From Amoebophrya sp. A120 (Eukaryota; Protista; Dinoflagellata): DNA of 64,000 nucleotides. The DNA lies in contig CAJINV010000008.1 of assembly GCA_905178155.1 (NCBI GenBank), positions 2,857,303 to 2,921,302 of the forward strand. Direction: 5' to 3'. Of this stretch, positions 37,406 through 52,400 are shown piece after piece. Position 1 is the stretch's first letter. Every line of letters begins with the position of its first letter. The notes under the pieces were generated by a model that was given only the letters and a program-made list of their open reading frames with translations, did no database searches and was not told the DNA's origin. Made by a program: the position numbers and the translations under genes.

Positions 37406-40400
37406 ATGACCCTAATGAAAGGAACTTCGCGACGAACAGCAGCCGTCGGGCCGTTCCTTCTTTTTCTCACTGCGACACTTTCCGGGTGGGATTTGGTGTC
37501 GGCTTCCGCCCCGGATGCCGGCCCGGATGCGGAAGCGGCTGCAAGCAGCGCAGGTGGTGCTGTTGCTCCTGCTGCTCCTTCTGAAGCTGCTGCAGCAGCG
37601 CGGGTGAACGTGAACCCGACAGATGAAAGAACGGGACGAGCAGGACAACTACATCAATACGGAGCTGCTGCGCCCGCTGAGGATCGAAGCGCTGCGTTGC
37701 CACGACTAACCAAGGCTGTCCAAGTCCTTTCGACGGCGTACGATCTGCACAACCGGGTGGCAGTTGAGGTCGGACGTGGAGATGGTGAACCACCACTGGC
37801 TACTAGTATCGAAGCAGGGGTTCCTTCCACCGGTGGACGAGGGTCGACCGACGCAGCGGTGCGAGTCGGCCGAAAACCTACAGCCTCTCCGGCGGATTTC
37901 TTTTTCCAAGCTGTGGACGAGGATCTCCTGGCGGCGGCGCGTGGAGGTCAGTGGGAAGCGGCTCCTCAAGGTGGCGGCGAAGCAGGGAGAAAGCATTACT
38001 TTTCCACAGAGCAAGCGCATTCTGTGCAGAAGATCCTCAATCTTCTACAGCCCTCGCTTTATAATTCATCGGGGGTTTATAATTTCCAACAGGTCAATAG
38101 AACCGGGCAAGCTCAACCTCAAGCAGGCGGCTCTGCGTTGTCGCCGGAAAGTGGTGGTGGGACCACGGAACAACGCCAAATCCCTGTCGTGGCGGGCAAG
38201 CGACAGCTGCTCGCTTTCCGCGAACTTGTGCCGGGGAAGCTAATGGCGCTGCTCACTGGCGATGGGAGCATGACCTATGTGGAATTTAACAAAACAACGG
38301 CTTTTCCAATGTTCACAGTGTTGAAAACGCAGCCCAGCCCCTGGGAGGCGTTCCTTGATCTGCACTTGTTTGACGGCCATGTCTGCAAAGAATGGCTGGA
38401 GAAAACGAGAACGAAGCCAGGAGGAGGTCCACCACATTATTCCGCTGGACAGGCGATGCCAAGTGTCGCTGGTACTAGAGCAGACGTGGTGTTCTCATCC
38501 GTCGAGCCCGATGCCGGACTACCTCCACAGAGCACGACGACGCAAAAAATGCTGAAGTTCCATCTGTGCCGCAGCAAATACGAGGAATTTCTGAACGCCG
38601 TGGTGGACAGTTACACGAAAGTTGCGCCGGCTCCTTCAGAGACAACACCTGCAACTGGAACTGGACAAGCATCTTATGCATTGCAAATATAATATGCTTG
38701 GGTCGGCGGGATCGGGAAGGCTGCAAATTTGTGATGCTCGTCCGTAACTACATGATCCAGCTGCACACAAAATAAAGTGTTGCGCGAACAGCAGAAGGTA
38801 CTTGCGTAGGACAGGGAGCATGACTTCTGATCTGGAATTTTAGGCACTGCAAGGCCCGCGAAAATAAATCTGTGATGCTGTGATGCTTGGCCATGCATTC
38901 GGTATATATCAAGCGGAGCATACAAGCGCTGCATGACACGCGTCTGCATTTTTGTTCCCGTAGACCCAGACCGCATATAATTTGCATTCGATACATTTTC
39001 CGTGGAAGATGAAATTACGCAGTTTCAGATCCTTCAAGTGTTGTTTAGTTTCGCGGAAACGAAACTGATGCCAGCGGTACTACCCAATTTTCGTGGAGCA
39101 GCAACACACGGTAGTCGTGCATCTGGTCCGGAAGAACAAGCAGAACCGGTACTGGATGTCGAACCTACTAGTGGTGGAAGCAACCAGGCCCGGCCGCCCT
39201 TGCATCTGTTCGCGCATGCGAGTGCTTCCGTCGCACTGGGGCAGCTGCACGAATCCGCCGAGTCGTTGTTGAAGTCTTTCAGTGCAGTAGATGAGGTTCT
39301 TGACTCGACTTTTCAAGTAGTGCCGCTCAACGGCACGCCGGCTGCCGCGGAACGCCAAAGGAGCAGGAGAGGCTCTAGAGCCGCAAAAAGAAGAACTCTC
39401 GCAACTTCGCTGCGCAAGTTTCTGCAGCTGGAAGTCCGGCCTTTTCTAGCCTCGCTTCAGAAGCCAAGCCACCGCCGAGCCACGAAGGCGCCAAGAACAA
39501 AAGAGAGCGACTCCGGTCCTGACGCAGCTGTTGTTTGGGATTCGTACGACAAAGCAGAACGCATTTTGGAGCAAACCGAGCTTATGTACTGGAAAGCGAA
39601 GTTTGCCGCGCACCGGCAATACAAGTTCGAGGTGCCGAGGGAAAGTAGAAATCTTCATTTGGCGAATTCACATGCGGATTCTACACTCGGCGCACTATTC
39701 GAGAAGCGCCTGGTGCCACAAAAAACTACTATGACTCGTCGGGGAGGATCGGAGGTCCGTCAAGATTCTCGTCCTCTTGCAGCTCAGGGACGACAGCAGG
39801 CTAGAAAAGGTCCAGAAGATGAAGAACACGTGTTCTCCACGACCTCCACTCCTGTGGAAAAGCTTCTGCCAGTCTTTTCAAAAGCCGCGTCTTTCGAAGC
39901 CCAGTTGACGGAATACGAAACCAAGTGCGCCGGCGAGGCGTTGTTCTCGCAACGGGGCGGACGACCGAAGGATTACAGCGAGTTTCGCGTCGCGTGCTTG
40001 CAGTTCTTCGACGACGTATTGGTCCAGTTGGTGAACAGCGACGCAGGGGGGATGTTGGGGCTCCGGGAAGGTGAAGTAGGTGCACATGACCTCCCAAAAG
40101 AAGGTGCCGGATTTTCATTTGCAGCCGTGACTTCCGGAGATCATGGTAGGCTCCTGCTCCGTCTGTGGACGGCTTTTTCAAACACCTACGAGCCGTGGGG
40201 GAAAGATTTGTTAAGCTCGTTGATCGTGGATCTGAGCGTCGAGATGGTCACGGTACCACAGGGGACAACTTTAGCCGCGCTGCGGTCTGAGGCACAGCTC
40301 CAGCGGAAGCGCGTCCTTTCCATCCGAAATCTGAAGGACCCGGCGGTCGTGCGGAGTCAGTTCTACCTGACGAACTTTACCATGTACGCAGTTCTGTACC

Positions 40401-43400
40401 ATTTCGTGACGCAGAGAGCGTTTGATGATTTTGCTGTTGCTTCTCAAAAAACATCTCAGGATCATGTCGACGTAGGCAGTGAAAGTCGAAGTGCGGGGAA
40501 CAATAACCTCCCGGAGACCGCAACGAGAACAACTCCACAGAGACCAGTATCTCCGTTCTCGACCTTCGCGCCAATTCTGAACGAGAACTGGCTGGACTTT
40601 CTCGTCCTAGACACACAAGACGCGCGGGACGCAGCGGCACGAGTGCGGGATTGGGTGGTGCGAAACACAATGTATCATGATTCTTCTAGCTCGTCGACTA
40701 CCACCCGCGTAGTTGTAGAAGAAGCTGCGCCTGCTCCTCCAAAACGACCGCTCTTCCACCCGAACGACGCCGAGGGGGCGAAGGAATTTTCTCTCGCATT
40801 TTACCGCGCGTTCAAATCCAGTAACGTCGTCCAAGCCGTGCTCGACAAGGCAGCGCGTGACTTTAAGCAGCAGCAGGAGAGCTGGGCACAAAACTTCTTC
40901 CTCGCGGAGGTCGGGAAAAAGCTGAAGAAAGAAGAGTTTGCGATGGGGGTGATAGCCACGAAACTGGACGCCTTGCAAGTGGAGCTGGAGCTGAAGACCG
41001 AAGAGAAAAAGCGTTATTCTGAGCTCGCAGAAGCCTGGAAAACCGCCGCACGGAATCGGCAAGCGGAGCAGGAGGCCGAATTCGTCAGCGGTCGTGCGGA
41101 CCACGGGGCGAGGGGACGAGAGGCACGACCGCCACCAGCAGGCGGCGACCCGCAGCCACCGAGAGGTTCCTCTTCGGAGCTCGTCTGGACAACTTCTGAA
41201 GAACAGCAAAAGGGGAGAGAATATGAGTTGGAGGCGCAAAAACTGGAACAGGAGCGGAGAAAACTTCGGGACGATATGAGCAAACTGCGGATGGACAGGG
41301 ACGATATGACCAAAAGAGTAGGCAGGAAACAACTTTCTTGGTACCGTGCGGGCGATTCGTTTTATGCCCAGAGGGTGCCCGTAAGGCCGTTTGTTAACGA
41401 GGACCAGCTCTGGAGGGAATTATTATACGTTGACTTCTCCCAGGAAAAGAGAGAGCAGCTGTATCGTGAAGCAGAAGCGGACAACGCGTTCCTCCTCGTG
41501 TTTTGCTACTTGTTGTCGCGTGAGGTCGACCCGCTCTTAGCGGCCGGCTCGACCACAACTAATGTCGAGGACCTGAGCCTGTTTTTTGTCCAGAAGCTCG
41601 CGCACTTTTCCTCCAATTTAGTCTCGCAGTTCGTATTCGACACGACGGCGGTGGGAGCTATGGAGTCGCAGAGGGGCGCGGATTTGCTGGCCCTGCAACT
41701 CGGGGTCTCGGTTAGTGGCAGCTTTGCGCCAGTCATCGATAGTACTGGTATCCTCAACCACGCTGAACAGGCCCTGTCAAGAACACCTGGGGCGGGGGGA
41801 ACACCGGCGTCACCGGGGGCGTCACCTTTGGAAGAGGAGAGGCAGAACAGCGACGCAGAGGACTTTGCCAACGTGTTTTGCAACAACCAGTTTCAGCTAG
41901 CGGCGGGGGGCCGCTGGCGACGAGTGTTCGAGGAAGTTCAGGAGGAAGGTCTCCTGGGGAAGTTGAAGAATGGCGCATCAGCATTAATATGGGGTGAAGT
42001 TGTAAGAGAGTCGGAGGCGCACCAAGAACCGGCCTCTGACCCGACCTCGGTGTTTCTTTTCCAGCTGGCGCGCGAAGTGCGCAGGGCAAAAATCGAGCGA
42101 GGTGAGTTGTTCACCGATAGTTCTTTAACGCAGTTTCAGCCCGCCTCTCCGAGTCCAACTGCTGGTTCCGATCATCCGGAGCCGGATCTCGATCTGTCCA
42201 ATGCCGCGACCTCTGCGAAGGTGCAGAAGCTTCAACGGTTAAAAGCAAAGCACGCACAGCTAAATTCTTTGTTCACACCCCGCACCGCGAAGGAGCGTGG
42301 AGCCGCAGCCGGGCCACGGCAGGCGGGCACGCCAAGTGGCTCGTCGTTGCCGTTTGGTGCGACGGGTGTGGAACAGCTGCCGAGGTATCCGAAGACGGAC
42401 AAGCCGTACCTGGAAATCACGGAGGCCGAAGTGTCGGACGCTGAGGTGCTGCAGAAGTGCCACGACGAAGCGGTCCGGTTTTACCACCAAAGGCGCCCGG
42501 TACGCGGTATCTCCGCGCGGGCTGTTTTCCGGGCGGTGTTTGTCGAGCCGCCGACAGCTTCACCCGAACGACCTCCAAAGCCACCGGTCAGTGTCGGGCT
42601 GACTTTCAAGACGCAATCCGTGCGCGAAGCGATGGCTGCAGGCGGCATGAACCACATGCGGCCAATCAAGGTTTTGGATCCGTGGCAGGGGGGCAAAACG
42701 ACTGCGTTGCCGCGCGAGATATACGAACGGATGAACGCCGCGTTTCACCTGGAACTGCCCGCGGAACTTATTGATGCGGCTGCCATTTACGAACTCGAAA
42801 ATTACCCGTCGATCGCAGCCGCGAGAGCAAGTAGGCAGGAGGCGGCTCTCGCGCCAACTGGCGGGTTTTTTACCCGCACGGTGAAAAACGTGGTTTCGTC
42901 AATCCGAACAAGAAATGCGGACGACCACGAACTTCAAATCCGCGCTCGCAGGGCAAAGACAGCGGCCACGGTAAAAAATCAGTTGCAGTGGAGCTTCCCC
43001 CAGCTCCACTGGAGTTTTCGAAGCAGCGCCTCTGCTTTTCACCCTTCTGCAATAGACGGTCGAGTGCGAAGCAACCTGCCTCTGCTGCGCGCGCTCGACC
43101 GCAAGTATCGACCGGAGTGGATGTCGCCTGAGGCCTATGTGGATTTCACTTCCCTCTTTCTGGCGGCGCCGTCTATGGGGCTGCGAGTCGTCGGTGGTGC
43201 AAAATCGTCTCCAACAGCACACACTTTGTTAGGCAAACAGAACATGATCACCGGTAGTTCTGAAATTGTCGAGAGCAGCAGGTGGAACAACCTTCACCAC
43301 GACGACGCACAGAATCTCTTCCTCCTCGAGTCGTTCGCGTCCGCTTTGCGACGGCGGCACCTTGCAACGGACTCCGTGCTGGTGTGGCAGTGGATGCGCC

Positions 43401-46400
43401 AGCTATTCTGGCAGGTCATCGCAAAAGCAAGGGTCGTTGTTCGTGGTGGCGACTCAGGGATGAAGATGTTGGTAGAAGACGCTTTTATTTCGTCGAATCT
43501 GGCGAATATCTTGCTGCAAGAGCTGGACCAAATTGCCGCTGCAGCGTTCCAGGTCCCGCGCCACCCGTCCACCGTGTTCGATCTGCATTTCGCCGTGGAG
43601 GTTTTGACGAATTTGGCGACTCTAAATGAACAAGTGCACAAAAAATCTCTCCTCGCGGACGACGGAGGTCTTCTTGCAACAAGAGCAAGAGCTACTCAGG
43701 ACGATGGACACGCAGGCAGAAGGACGACCCAAGATGACGCGGAACAAGAGCAGCGCCAGGCGTTCCTCGAGCGACCTCTCACCCAGCTGCTCACCCTCGC
43801 GGAGGAAGCGGTTCACGCAGGCTTCGATGCGCTGGACGAGCTGGAAAGGTTGCAAAAGAAGAAAAAGTTCGCGGTCGAAGCGGCTCTCGACAGCGCAGAG
43901 GGTAGCAGCCTCGAGTCGGAAGCAAGCCTGCTTGAAGACACCGAATCGATGAACGTGGTTGCGCTGTCCGCGAAGGGGCTGTTTCTTTCCGCGGCGCGGG
44001 GCTACTTGGAGATTCTCCTGCTGGTGGATAGTAGAGAGACAACAAACGCCAAAAGAACTGCAGCGCCTCCTGAAGACGATGTTGAACAAAGAGACACCCG
44101 CCGAAGCTCGTCGCTGCGGGCCGTCGTAGGTGAAAAGAAGCTGCCTGCGAAATTTCTGCAGTGTCTCCTACTGCTCGACGTGATCGAAGTCGACGAGGCG
44201 GGGTTTCATCTCGGCATGGAGCTACACGAAGGGAATTCATCGCACGACAATCTCCGCGAAAAGCAGTCTCTTCTCGCAAGTTTGAAGGATGCCGAGAGGC
44301 ACTTTTTCCACAGACTCCGCGAAGCGCACCGGAGCCTGGTTTCGGAACCGACCGGCGTTTTTTCCGCACTTTCCTTTCCGCAGCACTTGTCCACCGCTCT
44401 GCTCTCGAACGAGAAAGCGCGCCAGGCGGTGTGTCTTCCCCTGGACCGCTCGACACTGAAAAACGGGGTCCCGCACCACGAGAATATTTCTACCGAGGGC
44501 GAACCAAGAACACCGGCCGACACAGTGTCCTATCTTTCCGAGTACACTGTCGTGTTGCCGGGGCTCAGTCCTGCCTCTTCTCCGCGGGGGTCCAGTGGAG
44601 GTAATAGATTGGCTACAACCACGTTGCAGCAGCATGCGGCGAAGAAAACCATCGCGGTGTCTTTCTTGACGGGGAGGCTCTACCTAGACGGTGAAGTGTG
44701 CAAGAAGTCAGATTTTCTACCGCGGGAAATTCGCGAATCAGCGGAATTCAAAGCCGTTTTCGGGGTTGGGCCAGGTGCTAGCGCCTCCTCTACCTCCGGC
44801 AGAATGGACGAACAAACCACTCCTGCGCAGCAGACCAACAAAAAGGATCGTGCTTCTCCGGTTCATCTCCAAGCGGACCAAGGCCTCGCGATTGCGAGTT
44901 CCCTGTCGGCACACGTCGAGGGTCACTGGAAAATCGTCGGAAGTCCTCTGCTATCCAAGAAAAAAACTGTGTAAGTGTAAGTCTGTGATGCAGAAAATGC
45001 AAAACAGTTATGCTTGTCATGCTCCACATGCATGATAGGCTCGTGTCCTACGTGTTTTCCCGTCCTATCTGCGCATGACAAGTTTTTCCTGTCATGGCAG
45101 ACGAACTTGTGATGCTGTTTTCCCAAAAGACCTACACTAACACAGTTTTTTTCTTGGATATCTGCGTGAGGACGGCCGAAGCGCTAGTAAAAACGGAGAA
45201 GACGATGTTGGCCAGATCTTCAATAATGGAAGTGATCCGCTGTACTCAGTGAGCCTGAACAACACGCCTTTTGTCACCGATAGCATTCTCGGGGCAACTA
45301 CAACTATATCGGGAAGTAGAACTACGCCGACCAGCCGTGCTTTCCAGGACGTCAAGATGTACTTTCAAGTCAGTGACGGGATCGCTCAAGAACAAAGCAT
45401 CGTCCCGACGCAGCAAGCAGAGGAGTCTGGTGCTTTTTCACCTGCTGCACTTCTGCCAAGAGAGGAAAGCGCGGGAGGACCACCGCGAGCGCGGCCGCCA
45501 AATCCTCCACGTACTGTCGACATTTTTCTGCAGCTCCGCACGCAGATAAGCGAGAAGCTGTCCAGCGCGCAGGACGTTTTGCTAGAATTTCTCCCCGACG
45601 AAAAATTTCCCGAGGCGGAGCGAGTCCTGCCACAGAGCCTGAAGGAAAAATTGGTGCATTGGCGCGTGGTGACTGCGGATAGAAAATCCAGCAAGTACTA
45701 CCGTTACATCATATCGTTCTACAAGAAGGAGTTTGTGGGCGACGCGCCGCACGCCCGGGAAATGTTAACGTTTCAACATACGACTGTTGGCGATCAGAAA
45801 GGGCGCGCTGACCTTTTGAAGATCTTTCCGGAGAAGATTCCCTTTGTCTGGCGGCAGGAGGTGGTTTTATTGGAAATGGAGCAGGAGACGAGAACTACCG
45901 CGACTGCACCGCGATTAGGAGAGTTGGAATTTCTGAAGCTGCCGATTCACGTACTTCATACCAACGCAATGAGCTTGTTGCGGTTGCTATCCGCCGGAAA
46001 CGATCAAATGCTGGAAAGGCTCATCTTCAGCGGGACGAGCATGCAGCTCGTACAGATGGAAGATCTACCGGACCCCACCACTACTGCTCGGGGAGCAGAT
46101 GATGATCCTGCGCTTTCTCATCTTCCGGATTACCTCCGCGTGTTGCAAAATCTGTTTCCGAGAACGAACGAAATTAGTGTTGCTGGGGAACAACAGGTAG
46201 TAGATGAGCATAGGCTCCGGCAGCAGAGCTTCAGTTGGGTGAAGGACGAAGTCGAGGTGTGGCGCCCGTACGAGACTCGAGTTACGGAAGATGGCATGAT
46301 ACCGGCAGATGAACAGGAGGGCAGAATTGGTGACCCTTCAGGTGCAAGCGCTTTCTTGGAAATCGTCTTACCCAGGTTCAACCTCAAGTTCGAGTTGAAA

Positions 46401-49400
46401 CAGGCTGATAGCGATGCAGATCCTACGAGCGCAGCACCAGAAGGTGGTGCACCCCGAGGACCAGAACGTCCTGCCTCTACTTCCACCGGGAAGCTCCTGG
46501 GCAAGGGCGCGCTCTACGGCTACGAAGTATGCGCTGACCAGCGTATGATGTTTGCCGCTGTCGTCCCTCAAGGGCGGGTGCAAGTGGCAAGAGAAGGAAG
46601 CGCAACGAACACGGTGCAGCAGGAGCGTCATCCTCTCCGCAACGCATTTTTCTTCGAGCTCGTCGAAAATTCCTTCCCGCATATCTGGCTGGAGAAGTGT
46701 CAAGAACAGAGCGCGACGAGGACTTCCGGGGACGAGTCGAGTACTAGATCCTGCGAGTACAAAGTGCTGGTACTGTACACGTCCAACGGGTCGTCCTGGA
46801 CACCTACCTCGAGAACGACGACGACTGGGAGAACATTGGGGGAGGATGAAATGAGTGCAGCGTCGAGCAGTTCCGAACAATCTTCCGAGCGCCACTTCTT
46901 CATTTATGATGTTAAAGGCGACGCCCTCGGTAGTGTTCTTCCCGGACCTGCAGCGGAAGATCGGGATCGAGCAAATTCCGCTGGCAAATTAACCCAGAGG
47001 ATGGACCACATCCGTCTGCACACCGACCACAGCGCAGCAAACTTTCTGCTGGCGTATCATTTACTGCAAGCAGACCTTACAACCACAAGGACGGCAGGAG
47101 ATGATAAACGCCAGGAAGATTCTTCTGGCCACTTTTATGCTGCACCCCCGGATGAGCGAAAAATCCAGGAAGTACTGTCCTCGATCCGCTCTGCCTGGCG
47201 CGAAAACTATGAGGATTACGGGATGACAAAGGCGGAATTTCGGCTCGAGCGCGAAATCTTCGGCAGCCTGGTAGCCGTCGTGAAACAGCTCCTGAAGCAA
47301 AGCGGCGTCATGTTCCTGGACGAAGATAATTCTCAAGGTGCTGCGACCGCAGCGAGACAGTACCCTGCGGGGGCCGCACAGATGAAGAGATCCTCTCCAT
47401 ACGTCACGATCTACTACCTGCTGTGCCAGTTGGCGAAGGAGCGCTCCTTGCTGCAGTTTTTGTACGACAGTTCTAAGCAGCTGGACGTTTTCTCCCGGGT
47501 TGCGCAAGAGTTGGATGTGGCGACACAGCTGTATCTGGACACCTTCAATAGAAGCGCTCCTATCGAGGTGGAGCTACAAGAAGAGACACCACTAGCGGAC
47601 GGTGGTCGGACCAGCACAAGTGGGCCCCTTCTAAATTTTTACAGAAATCTGACAGCAGAGGAACGGCATTCGTTCCTGCCATACGCCCCGTCGCTCGGCG
47701 GGGACAAGCTGGCTGTGCAGCAAGAAGCACGCGCTGATGATTTGTTTGGTGCCGACGGAGAGTTTATCCCACCTCTCAAACAAGAATCGGCCAGAACGCC
47801 AACAACCACCCCTGTGCGGCCGGGAGAAGGGCAAGGAGCACCATCTGACTCCGTTTACAAGATCTCCGAGCCGCTGCAGAATCTGTTGCGCAAACGAGGT
47901 GAAGGAACTCTGCCCTCGCCGCTTTTTGCCGTCAGAGAGGAAGACAATTTGAGTGTGACGCAGAAGCTGGAAAGACTGCTAATGAGAAAAGTGTTGCTTC
48001 CGGTTCATCGCGAGGTGGACACGGCAAGAGTTAGTGTGCCGGGGAAAATTAGTGCAGCAGCAGCAGCAGCCGCACAAGGTCTCTGCGGCGTCCCATCGGC
48101 GTCAGCAGTTTCTGCTTCCGAAGCGAGCCCGGTCTTTGACCGCCCGCTCGGAAAGGAGCTGAAGGAGCAATTCGAGGCATCTCTGCAGAAAAACCACGAC
48201 GCCTGTGTGGAAAGAGGAGCGGCTCAGGTGTCTTTGCAGCTTGCTGATTGGGAGAGCTTGTTTCATTCCCGAAACGAGGTCGTTCTGCGCGAAAAGAACC
48301 AGCGGATGGAGTTCTTGTTGGCGCAGCAGGGGAAGTTCCTCGACGGAGAAGTTCTACTTCCAAAAGCACATCCCCTGCAGCTTACGGCGTCGGAAAAGGA
48401 GCGCTTTGAAGAAAGCGCACTACACTACCTCGTCCACGACCATGCTGGCACGACCACGTCGGCGGCGATCCTGGACTCCGTCGTGAACTACTTCGAGTTG
48501 GTCATTCTGGAGAAGAAGCTGCAGCAGTTGGAAGCTCTTTGGAAAAGAGTGCAAGCCGAGACGAGCACAACAACTCACCTAGGAGAACTACCGCCATCCC
48601 CTGTCGGTCAGGTGTCATCCTTGGCCGCTCCCGTGCTCGGCCTGGCTGTGCAGAGGAAGCAAGCCGTCCTCCTGGACGACATTCGTGACAAGCTGGAGAC
48701 CGTGAGAACGTTCAGCTCGAAGCAGTTCCCCTTTTGGCTCGCCCTGGAAGTCGTGCAGGGGCACAAGCAGATCCGGCCGAAACAGGTGCAGGTGGCGCTG
48801 CAGTTGATTCTAAAGAACGGCACCGTGTCGCAACTGAACATGGGCGAGGGGAAAACGTCCATGATCATCCCCATGCTCATTCTGTACTGGCGCAGTCGGA
48901 AGACGATCGGGTATAAAAAGCGGCTGGGCGGAAGTGAAGACGAGGTCGTGTTTTTGGACGCCGAGATGAAAAGAGATGCAGACAGAGCGGGAGGATCATC
49001 CGATGAGCATCAAGATGAACATGCCACTTATACATACGGCCCCACGCTTGCCTTTCAACCAGAACCATCGGGCGCTTCCGCGCAAAATGGTAATCCACCG
49101 GACGGTGCCTTCGAATTGGTCTCGCAACCGATCAGGTCGCCAACGGAAAGGACGCATTTGATTCGGGTGTTTTTGTTGCCTTCCTTGATCCAGGACAATT
49201 TCAAACAGTTCCACAAACTGCTCTGGCAAAGCGTCTTCAAGGTGCCGATCTGCACGCTGCCTTTCCGCAGAGAGCACTTGCGATTTTTCTCCGCAGCTGA
49301 GGGGACGAAAATATACGACGAGACTTTATCCTTGCACGAATCTGCGCGAGGGCACACCCAGACCACCGCCCTTCACGCTGAAAACATGCTTCTATCAAAT

Positions 49401-52400
49401 GTAAAAATGTCTGGGTCTGGAAGAATACGCGATTTGTCATGCAGCTTTTCCATGACCCATGAGGTCTGGAATGCAGGACCTAGCATGACAGATTCTGTGC
49501 GATCTCTCCCATGCCTATCCTGCATGAGAAACTCCCTCCCGACTTGGTCAAAACTGGGCGACTTTTGGTAATCATGCAACACAGATTTTTGCATGCTTCA
49601 GATTTAGCATGACAAGTTGCATTCTTCCAGACCCAGACATTTTTACACTTGATAGCTTCGGAAGCTGGACCACTGCAAGACGCGCGGGGGCGTGGTGTTG
49701 CTGCAGCCGGAGAACTATCAAATGTAAAAATGTCTGGGTCTGGAAACTTGTGATGCTGGGTGGCATCTCATGATGAGGCCACAAGTGCTGGCTCAGCATG
49801 ACAAATTTCTGAGCTTGTAGGTGTTGCCTATTCTGCATGACAAACTGCGTTTCTGCATCACAGAAGAGTTGAGCTCTTCGGTAATGTGCATGACAGATTT
49901 TAGAGTTATGTCAGACAAGCATGACAAACATGCATTCTTCCAGACCCAGACATTTTTACACTTGATAAGAACCGGTACAGTGTGCAGCTGAAATTTTACG
50001 AGCTGGCGCTGGAGTGGAAGGAAGCGCGGGAAAAGTTGTTGAAGAGACAAAAGGACTTAGAAGCGGCATCTAAAATGTCGTCGGCCGAAGCCGAACGACG
50101 AGAAGTCTTGGACGACGAGGGCTTCGAAGACGCCGTGGAGGTGGATTCGAGTAACGAACAGGCGCAGATTTCTACTTTGATGCAGGATACAGTCGCCGCT
50201 ATGAAGAGAACTGTTACCGCTTTGCAGAAGGTTCTGAACTTGCCCTCCATCACGATCATCGACGAAGCGGACCAGATCTTGGCCCCGACCAACCAGAGCC
50301 TATTCTCCTACGGCAAGGGGTCGCCTCTGTCCGACCGGCAGGAACGAATTCTGGCCATCCACACCGTTTTCAAAGCAGCCACCCTGGTCGTACAACGAGA
50401 GCAGACGACCACGAAGCCGCATCATGCTGGGGCTGCGCAGCGCGCAAGAGGCAGAGCAGAAGGCATGCGCGAACAACCGATGGAAGAACAAGCGCAAGTA
50501 GGACGACCCTTGAACCAGAAGCTTGCGGATGCTGCGCGTGCGGCGTTCAAAAACTTCGAGACGGATGCAGCGAAGACGGAGTTCAAGAGAAAAGTGGTAG
50601 ACAAGCTTTTCGCACAACATGCTGCAACCCGGGAAGGCAGCGCAGCTGCAGCAGTGTCCCGCGGACCTTTCTTTTCCTTCACGAACGCGGGGACACCGAG
50701 GTTCGTCAAGTTTTTGCAGAAAGTCGGGGCTCGCGCGGACGCGACAAGAAAAGCGCTAACCGACTTTGTGCTGAACGTGACGACCTCGGAAGAAATAAGA
50801 TCTCGGCCTTTTCTTGTTGAAGAAAGGCCTCAACTTCCAGTTGTAGTCACGGACGCAGACGTTCTGTGGGGAAACGTGCTCGCGACAGCGGAAAAAACGG
50901 GCATTCTATACCGCGGTACATCCTCCTCGTCGTCTGCGGTCGAGGACCAGCCGGCGTATGACGGCGATGGGTTTGTGCAAAGCGTAATCGGTCCGCAGAT
51001 CCGGATCCGCAGAAGAGATGTGGAGGACTTCCACACATTTGCCCTCGCTCTGCGAGGTTTCGTCGGGAATGACGTTTTGGTGCACGTTTTGGCGGACATG
51101 CGTCTGAAGAAGCACTTCGGACCGCGCGGAGGAGGTGGAAAAATAACCAGGCCAGAGGACCGTGGAGATGTAGTTGGCGCAGGAGGTAGTCCTCCAGGAC
51201 GAGCAACTACTGCAGCCACGACGAACAGTAATCCGACCGAGCTCGCCGTCCCCTACACAGCGGCAAATCTCGCGTCCACAAACAGTGAATTCGCCCACCC
51301 GGACGTACAGCTGGCGTTGACCCTGCTGATGTACTACGAGGAGGGCATCAGCTTCTCGCAGTTTTCCCGTGTCTTGAAGTTTCTGATACGGAAACTACAG
51401 TCGAAGGCCAAAGTCCACGAGGACGAACATGTGCGCGACGCAGCCAAAAATTTTTTTCGCAGCCAGGAGCAGGACGTCGCGGAACGGGACCAGGAAGAGG
51501 TGAAAAATCTTTTGGACTTCGACGGCGGCGGCTGGGCGGGGGCGGTGCTGGCGCAGGGCTCGCTCCTGGACGCGCAGCAGCGCGGACGAAAAGATCAGGC
51601 ACGACAACTTTTCGAGGAGCGCAAAGCCAAAGAAGCTGAAATGGAATCACTCGCCGAAGACTTTCGGCATACCAGCCTGCAGAAGATCGTGAACGAGCCC
51701 GAGCAGTCGCGAAAGTACTGGGAGGTGCTGCAAAAGTTTCCGGATCTCATTGCGTTTTTCCTCACGTTCACGTTGAAGCACGCGAGGGACAAGTACCACT
51801 TTTCCAAACAGTTGGTGGCAAACCCGTGGGACCTGGCCGGAGATAGGTTCCGGAAAATTGAAAACGTGTTTTTGGAGGACCGAGAAGATGGGCCGCTCCT
51901 GCAAGCAGAAGTTCCGGCAACCTATTTGGTCGCAGACAATCACGTCGCGGGTTTCTCGGGCACATCCACGAACGCGAAGTTCCTACTTCCCCTCCCATTA
52001 AAAGCGGAGAACCTGCCGCAATTGGAGCACACCAACGGGAGAATTATCTCGGTTCTGAAGCAGAAAGAGGAGGACTTCAACCTGGCTGCGCTCACGGGAG
52101 CTCTCACGGGAACACTAGCAGAGCATTTCCGCCTGTCGTCGCCAAGATATTCATCCGTCCCTGGAAGCGATCATGATGCTGGTAGCAATTCAGGAGAGGA
52201 TGACTTTAGCACGCCGCGCAGCAGTCGAAGTAGCTCGCCTAGTACTTCTAGCGGTTATCACAGCAGCGGCACGTCGACCTCTTCACGTGGCCTTCTGAGT
52301 GGCTCGGCCCTTCCCACACATCTTCAAGCATTTCAGATCCACTCCAACACTGAAAGTAGCCGTGCGTCCAGCCGGTCTTCCGGGGGGTCTGCGCGACGTC

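Noticed and set aside
49393-49967. CRISPR-like repeats of ~30 bp
   Set aside because: The repeats are inverted pairs ~250 bp apart and dispersed, not direct repeats with spacers; no cas genes; eukaryotic context.
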